Assembly: GCF_036321535.1 (NCBI RefSeq) | Contig: NC_087436.1 | Location: 79,858,001-79,922,000 of the forward strand | Length of the DNA stretch: 64,000 bases | Source of the DNA: Camelus dromedarius | Taxonomy: Eukaryota | Direction: 5' to 3' | In this document: positions 58,561-64,000 of the stretch, one piece after another | Layout: the number at the start of each line of letters is the position of its first letter | Numbering within the stretch: position 1 is the first letter of the stretch | The notes under the pieces: model-generated | Told to the model about the DNA's origin: nothing | Seen by the model: only the letters and a program-made list of their open reading frames with translations | Databases searched by the model: none | Translations under genes and position numbers: made by a program

Positions 58561-59009
58561 CTAATTGCTTATGAACTAACCAATAGAGAAAAAAATTAAG
58601 AGCAAAAAGGTTAGAAAGGCGAACAGTGAGGAAGGAGAAAAATTAAATACTATTTCAATTTGCCCCATATAGGCATGAGAATGAAGAGGGTAACAACGCT
58701 TACCCAGAATTTATTCCATTAAGAATAAATGTTAAAGATGGTCCTAAACACTTCTCTACCAAAGGCTTCTCTGGGTTCTATGTTTCAAAAAATAATCTGG
58801 AAAACCACATTTGTTAAAAAGCTATTTTGGTCCCTGTTTTTTATTGATAATAGCCATATGGAACCAGTACAATTCTGAGTTGCTATAAAAAGCCATCCTA
58901 GGAATGTGGCATTTCCACTAGGTTTTGAGGATCATTGCAATAGTCTCTGGGGTGCCTGTTACTAGTTTTACGGTACCAAAGAGGTTGAGCCTAAAGTTTG
59001 AAAACCATT

Positions 59010-59125
59010 GATATAATCTAACTTCTTCCTTTTAAAGATGAATAAGTTGGACAAGAAAAATCAGAGCACTAAGCTGATTACAAAGTTGGTGTCAACGTAA
59101 GACAAGAATACAAGTCTTCCATCTT
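59010..59125 (-). mobile_element. MIR/MIR3 fragment
   Basis: ATCTAACTTCTTCCTTTTAAAGATGAATAA..AGACAAGAATACAAGTCTTCC. Confidence 0.5.
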
Positions 59126-59269
59126 AACACTTTATTCCAAAAATATACCCATCAGATCAAAATCAAATCCTATTCTGAATCATGCAGATAATTAAAAAGT
59201 GAAGTTACTAGTTAAAAGACAAACAGAAGCACAAGCTTGGTGATGAATAATGAATGACACTCAGCCTAA

Positions 59270-59570
59270 ATATTTAAGAGGCAATAGGGAAAAGAGAGGA
59301 CTATGGCAAAGCAAAGGGTGTGTGTACCCTGGCTGAACAGAACCACCTACCCTGCTTCAGCTAATGATAGTTATGCTGGTACGTGAATTCAGTAGTACTA
59401 AATTTTCATGCTTTTTCCTAAATAAAAGCTGGAAATGCAAATTTTATATGAAATCTCCCAATGTTCAAATGTTGTCAATTAATTCAAACATGTAAAAAAA
59501 AATATCATTTGGGTCAGTATTTTGAAAGCCAAACATAATATACCTGTGAGCTGCTAATCTGTGGCTGCTT
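59270..59570. mobile_element. hAT-Charlie-like relic
   Basis: AAAGCTGGAAATGCAAATTTTATATGAAATCTCCCAATGTTCAAATGTTGTCAATTAATTC. Confidence 0.5.
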
Positions 59571-60084
59571 GTAAAAGTAATCAATAACTGAACATGTGTT
59601 TAGTGATAAAATTTACCAGACTCTTACTATCAATTCATCCATCATCCTTCTGTTTACCCATGTGATAATACTTGAATTTCTAACGGGGGTAAAACACAAT
59701 CCTGGATGTGGGAAGCCCTGAGTGGGACTGGGATTGTGAGGAAAGTAGATCAGGCTTGGAATGGCTGACAAGGGGAACTGAGTTAGACGTTTGTCCTCAG
59801 CCTGGCTGTACAGCAGAATCACGTGGGTCCAACCTGTGATGAGGCTGACTCAGTTGTTCCAAGTCCCATCAGCAGTTAATAAGAGATAAAAATATTGTTG
59901 AGTAACAGCCAACGTCAGACAACGTGAATGCCTAGTGGAGCCAATATGCATAATATCATGACCTCTAGCAGCCCCAGGATAAAGCATAAGCAAACGTGGC
60001 AGGAGTGGAGAAAAGTAGACAAGGGGCCTCGTCAGGCTCGAAGGCTGGCTAGATGATCGCAGCTGAAATGAATGGCCATTAGGT

Positions 60085-60126
60085 CTGGGCTGGGTTGGTG
60101 GCTGGCTGGCTGGCTGGCTGGCGGGC
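60085..60126. repeat. (GGCT)n tetranucleotide repeat
   Basis: Read directly: five perfect units plus degenerate flanks. Confidence 0.9.
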
Positions 60127-61530
60127 ATGCAGTATATGAGTCTTCAAACAGAAATTTGGGGTCTGTAAACATTGTGCTCATTGCATTTCAGGAGAAACGG
60201 AAGCTGGTGTCTTGATTTTCCGAGGTCTGTGTCAGACTGCCTAACCATCTTGAGGGAGTTGTTTGCTGCACACCAGGATCCTCATCTTGTAAATAAGGCT
60301 AATGTTGCTGCAGAAGCAGTTTGAAGTGTGAAGAAGTGACGCCCAAATGCAAGTATCATGGTTTTCAAATTTGTTATTTTGTATTTTGAGTGCTAAAAGG
60401 AGTTTCTTGGTGAAGTCTTTCTCTTTCATAAATCCAATCAGAAATGTTCAATTTCTGCACACACGAATAGGCAGCTACAACAGGGAAAATGATTCTGTGA
60501 TTCCACACATTCCTTTGACAAGTCACAAATGGGTTTTAGTGACCAGCTGCAGCTTGTGTGTTAAATTCAAATAATTCATTCTTGGAACAGTTATTTTTTA
60601 CATTCCCTTGCATTAGGAAAAAAAATATGCTGCCTATCATTACACATTGTAAAAACGATAGATTATATCTATTTGGAGAGGATATTGCATGCTAAATGCA
60701 TAAGATGAAAATGTCAATGAATTCAACAGTATGTTTCGCCTCTGATCAGTGGGGGCAAACCTTCTTTGGATCTTTAGTCAGCAGGTCTGCTAAGACTGTC
60801 AGGGAATTTTCTTATCTCATAAACTACAGGAAATGTAAAATGGAGATGATTGTTGACTACTTTCCAGGTACTCAAATGGAAACTAGCTTTTAGAGCTTGG
60901 GTTGATCTGAAATTCCTTCCCCCTCCCACGGGTCTGGAGCCAATAACAATAACACAGACAGACCATCAATCTGCTTAGTACACTTCTGGTTTTCAGAAGG
61001 GAAGCTTCCTCTTCCAGTCAAAGGATGTTCTCACACTGGATTGAATTCTTATGTTGAAGGGACCAGCTTGGCCGTTAGTTTTGAGATTCATCCACAAAGA
61101 AATACATTTTAAATTTATTTTATCTCTGCTTTTTCAAGTCCACAACCATGTAAATACACTCTAAGTGCCAAAAAAAAAAAAAAGTTTATCCAGAATGAGC
61201 AGAGTGAGAGATGTTTCAAGATTGGTGTAATATAATAATGGTCAATATTATCACACTGGAGGTAGTCTGATGGAGAAGGATCTTTGAGTGTTTGCATTTA
61301 GTCCCTGACTGAATCAACATAGAATTTCTACCAACCTAATTAATCTTAAATTAAGCACGCCTACTGTTTACTGTGATTACCTCATCAGACAAGCTGTTTC
61401 AGCGTCTGTTTTTCCTCATGGTGACAGAGGTTCTCTTTTACTTCAAAAGTGAGCTTTCCTCCTCTTAAGCTCAGTTGTTTGGCCATTTCTATCCAAAATA
61501 AATACTTCTTTCTCACCTTTAAGCAGTTTA

Positions 61531-61628
61531 AGGCTGAGTTGTGTCTTTAAAGGCATGTGCACGACTCTCAGGGCAGACTTTTGACTTCAATGGGAGCTGT
61601 CGAGTCTTTGAGGGCCTGATTTGACCCT
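61531..61628. mobile_element. Possible ancient PIF/Harbinger-type MITE relic (Chompy-like)
   Basis: About 98 bp with a central quasi-palindrome GCAGACTTTTGACTTCAATGGGAGCTG, flanking GACTC/GAGTC, and a right end CTGATTTGACCCT. Confidence 0.45.
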
Positions 61629-64000
61629 GTGTTTGTGCTCAGTATATAAGTATTTATGTAATGTTTTCATTTCCTGACCCGCTCAGTATCATTTCTTTGG
61701 CAAAATATATTCACTTCCCTCACATTTTCCCCATCTGTTATATTCTTAAGTCTGTCTATTACTTTGCTTTCTTTTCTTTGATGTTTTTTAGTGGATATCA
61801 TTTTCCAAGGACAATGTATGGAAACACACCCACACGTATATAAACCAAAAGGATACATAGCACACACATTCGTCTTCCACTTTCCAAATCATGTACGTTA
61901 TCTAGGATAGCATTTAGCTTTACGTATAGTAAGGTATGCCTACATACATGCCGTTTACCTTGATGCATATCTCATGATGACAAGATGAACCGATCTCCTG
62001 CTTTTATAAACGGAGATGAGGAGTTCTCTAGTTCTTAGTTTTATGAGAAGGAACTTGGTATGACAGAGAACTTACGATCTACGTTTTCATTTTCCTTCTC
62101 TGGGTCTAATGCTGGGATATTATCTAGATGGAGAGATTTTCAGTTTTTCTTTTGATGAATCCATATTTGTTTTCCTTTGTTGCTAAACAGTACCTTTTGA
62201 AAGTATTGCCAGCTTGCCATCTTGGAAGAAGTTAACATTCAGGAAAATATCGAACCGGGTCCCAGGCATCTGTGGATTCATTCTGGATTCCAGGTGGGTA
62301 TTCGAGACACAACAAATGAAAAGCCCCATTTTAATACATTTGCCTGCTCTTGTTTTCTCACTTGACTTCCCAATCTAATTTCTTTGCTGCCAAGGGTTCT
62401 CACTCATAACACCATTTAAAATTTAAAAGCAATATATATTTAAATGCAAAACAATGTGCTTATATGGAGACCTGGCTACAGTGGAAAGTATGACAGTGGA
62501 TTTCATCTCAGAGAGTTCTGGATGATCTACCGAGTGGTAGAGCCAGGAGTAAGAAATGTTAGATTATTCCAAATGACTGGAAAGAAAACAAATACTACTC
62601 TCTGTTTGATCATGGTCTTTCTACGTTAGGGAATTTTTGTTTTTATTCATTTGCTCTTTCTCATCTTCCTTTTGAGTGACCATGGTTGCTGTGAATAGCA
62701 GAGAGAGCAACTTCCAAATTCATTTTAACAGCAAGAGTGGCACTCATTCGCATACTTTGAGAAAACTAAGAAATTCTATGTGCAGGCAATGCAGGATGCC
62801 CTCAAAAGTCTCCCTATTGACTCAAAACACCCTGTCAGATCTATTTGTTCTCTGGGACGATAATGTAATTCAGATGGGGAATTTTCTACTCAACACCCCA
62901 TCTTACCAATCCACTCAGGAACACCCCAGTAGAGGGATCAATTACGTGGAACTGCTGCTTTCACAACCTTCTGCCACAAAGGCTAACAATGAAGCAAAAC
63001 TGTGGCAGGCTCAATAAAAATGGAAAATATTTTAAATCAAGCAGTATGAATATTTACCAAGAATGTTTGTATGTTTTGTGATAGTAGTTTTTAAAATGCA
63101 TAAGTAAGTTTACATCTGGGGTCAAGAGTCCAAAGTGTGCTCCCAGAGCAAATACCAAATTATTCTGGTAGTGAGATAAGTGAGTGGACTGCAAAATGTG
63201 TATATTTGAATGTATTTATTTCAACTGCTTTGGTCTTTGTTCTGCTTAATATGTCTTCAAAAAATTAACATTTTACTTTGTCCTGTAAAAGCAACACCAG
63301 TAGTTAAATGAAATAAATCCACTTGTCTGGCATATATTTTTTTTCCCTTCTTAGAAATTTCAAAACTGAGGTGTGCCTATGAGAATGGGGTATATGTGCA
63401 TGTACAAACACACACAGTGCAATTTACATTCTTGGGAAATTATGTATATGTGAATAAATAGACATGAAATCATATTTTAAATGATCCATGGAAATTCAGT
63501 GCAACGTAGCTCCTCTGGGAATTCCTTTTGAGTGAAACCTACTTTAATAATGTAGTTACCCCACAGATATACTGGATTTATAGGTGGAGTTTTTTTGAAC
63601 ACCATATTTTCTGTAGTTAGTTACGGCCATGTAGAAATACTGATAAACGTTGAAACTAGAAAACTGAGAAGTGATATAGAATGTTTGACATAGCCTTCTA
63701 GAATTCGCATATCTCTGCAGCTTTCTGGGGCAGGCCTTATGAATGAGGAAAGCGGACATGAAGCCTTGTGAGAGAGCAACGATGGGCCCCCCCTCACCTC
63801 CTTCTCTGGCTCGTGGCTTCTGTCTTTGTATCCTTTTGGTAAAGAGGCACACAGGCTTTGATATTAGTGAATTTTTATGTGGGTAAGTGGCCTCTTCGGA
63901 AAGCTGGGCAATCTAATGGAGGCAAGTAGGAAGACAGCAGCCTGCCCTTGACCTGTGGCTGAAGTTGTCTATGTGAGTGCTGGAATTTCCTGGGGATCTT

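Noticed and set aside
1..64000. Supplied ORF track as protein-coding genes
   Set aside because: All ORFs are short (153 aa or less), many overlap repeats or low-complexity DNA, and none resembles a protein I recognise apart from a few L1-antisense residues in 32365-32733. This is the expected background for non-coding mammalian DNA.
1..64000. CRISPR array, operon or other prokaryotic system
   Set aside because: No regularly spaced repeat-spacer array and no gene-dense structure; the repeat content and CpG depletion are mammalian.

Overview
This is mammalian nuclear DNA, not prokaryotic. It is most likely camelid (camel/alpaca/llama): there are two tRNA-Ala-derived SINEs of the vic-1 type and cetartiodactyl-type L1 3' ends, and I saw no Alu, BovB/Bov-tA, PRE1 or Can-SINE. 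I found no recognisable protein-coding exon, rRNA, true tRNA gene or CRISPR array, and none of the supplied ORFs resembles a protein I know. The window reads as intergenic DNA or a large intron with many old repeats (MIR, L2, L3/CR1, MaLR/ERVL LTRs, hAT and Tigger DNA transposons) and several repeat-poor blocks that look like non-coding regulatory DNA (about 33.7-34.4, 45.3-47.3, 49.2-50.3 and 60-64 kb). Best observations: (1) a 5'-truncated mRNA retrocopy of unidentified origin, with polyA signal, tail and TSD, inside an MLT1D LTR; (2) a still-translatable CR1 ORF2 fossil split by a hAT element that is itself split by MER53; (3) a Tigger2 MITE carrying a MIR fragment; (4) two L1s inserted about 13 bp apart in one MIR; (5) a possible amniote Harbinger-MITE relic; (6) TCF/homeodomain, RUNX and E-box motif clusters. 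I cannot support a new biological system here. Repeat family names come from recalled consensus sequences, not a search, and boundaries are approximate unless TSDs or TIRs are quoted.
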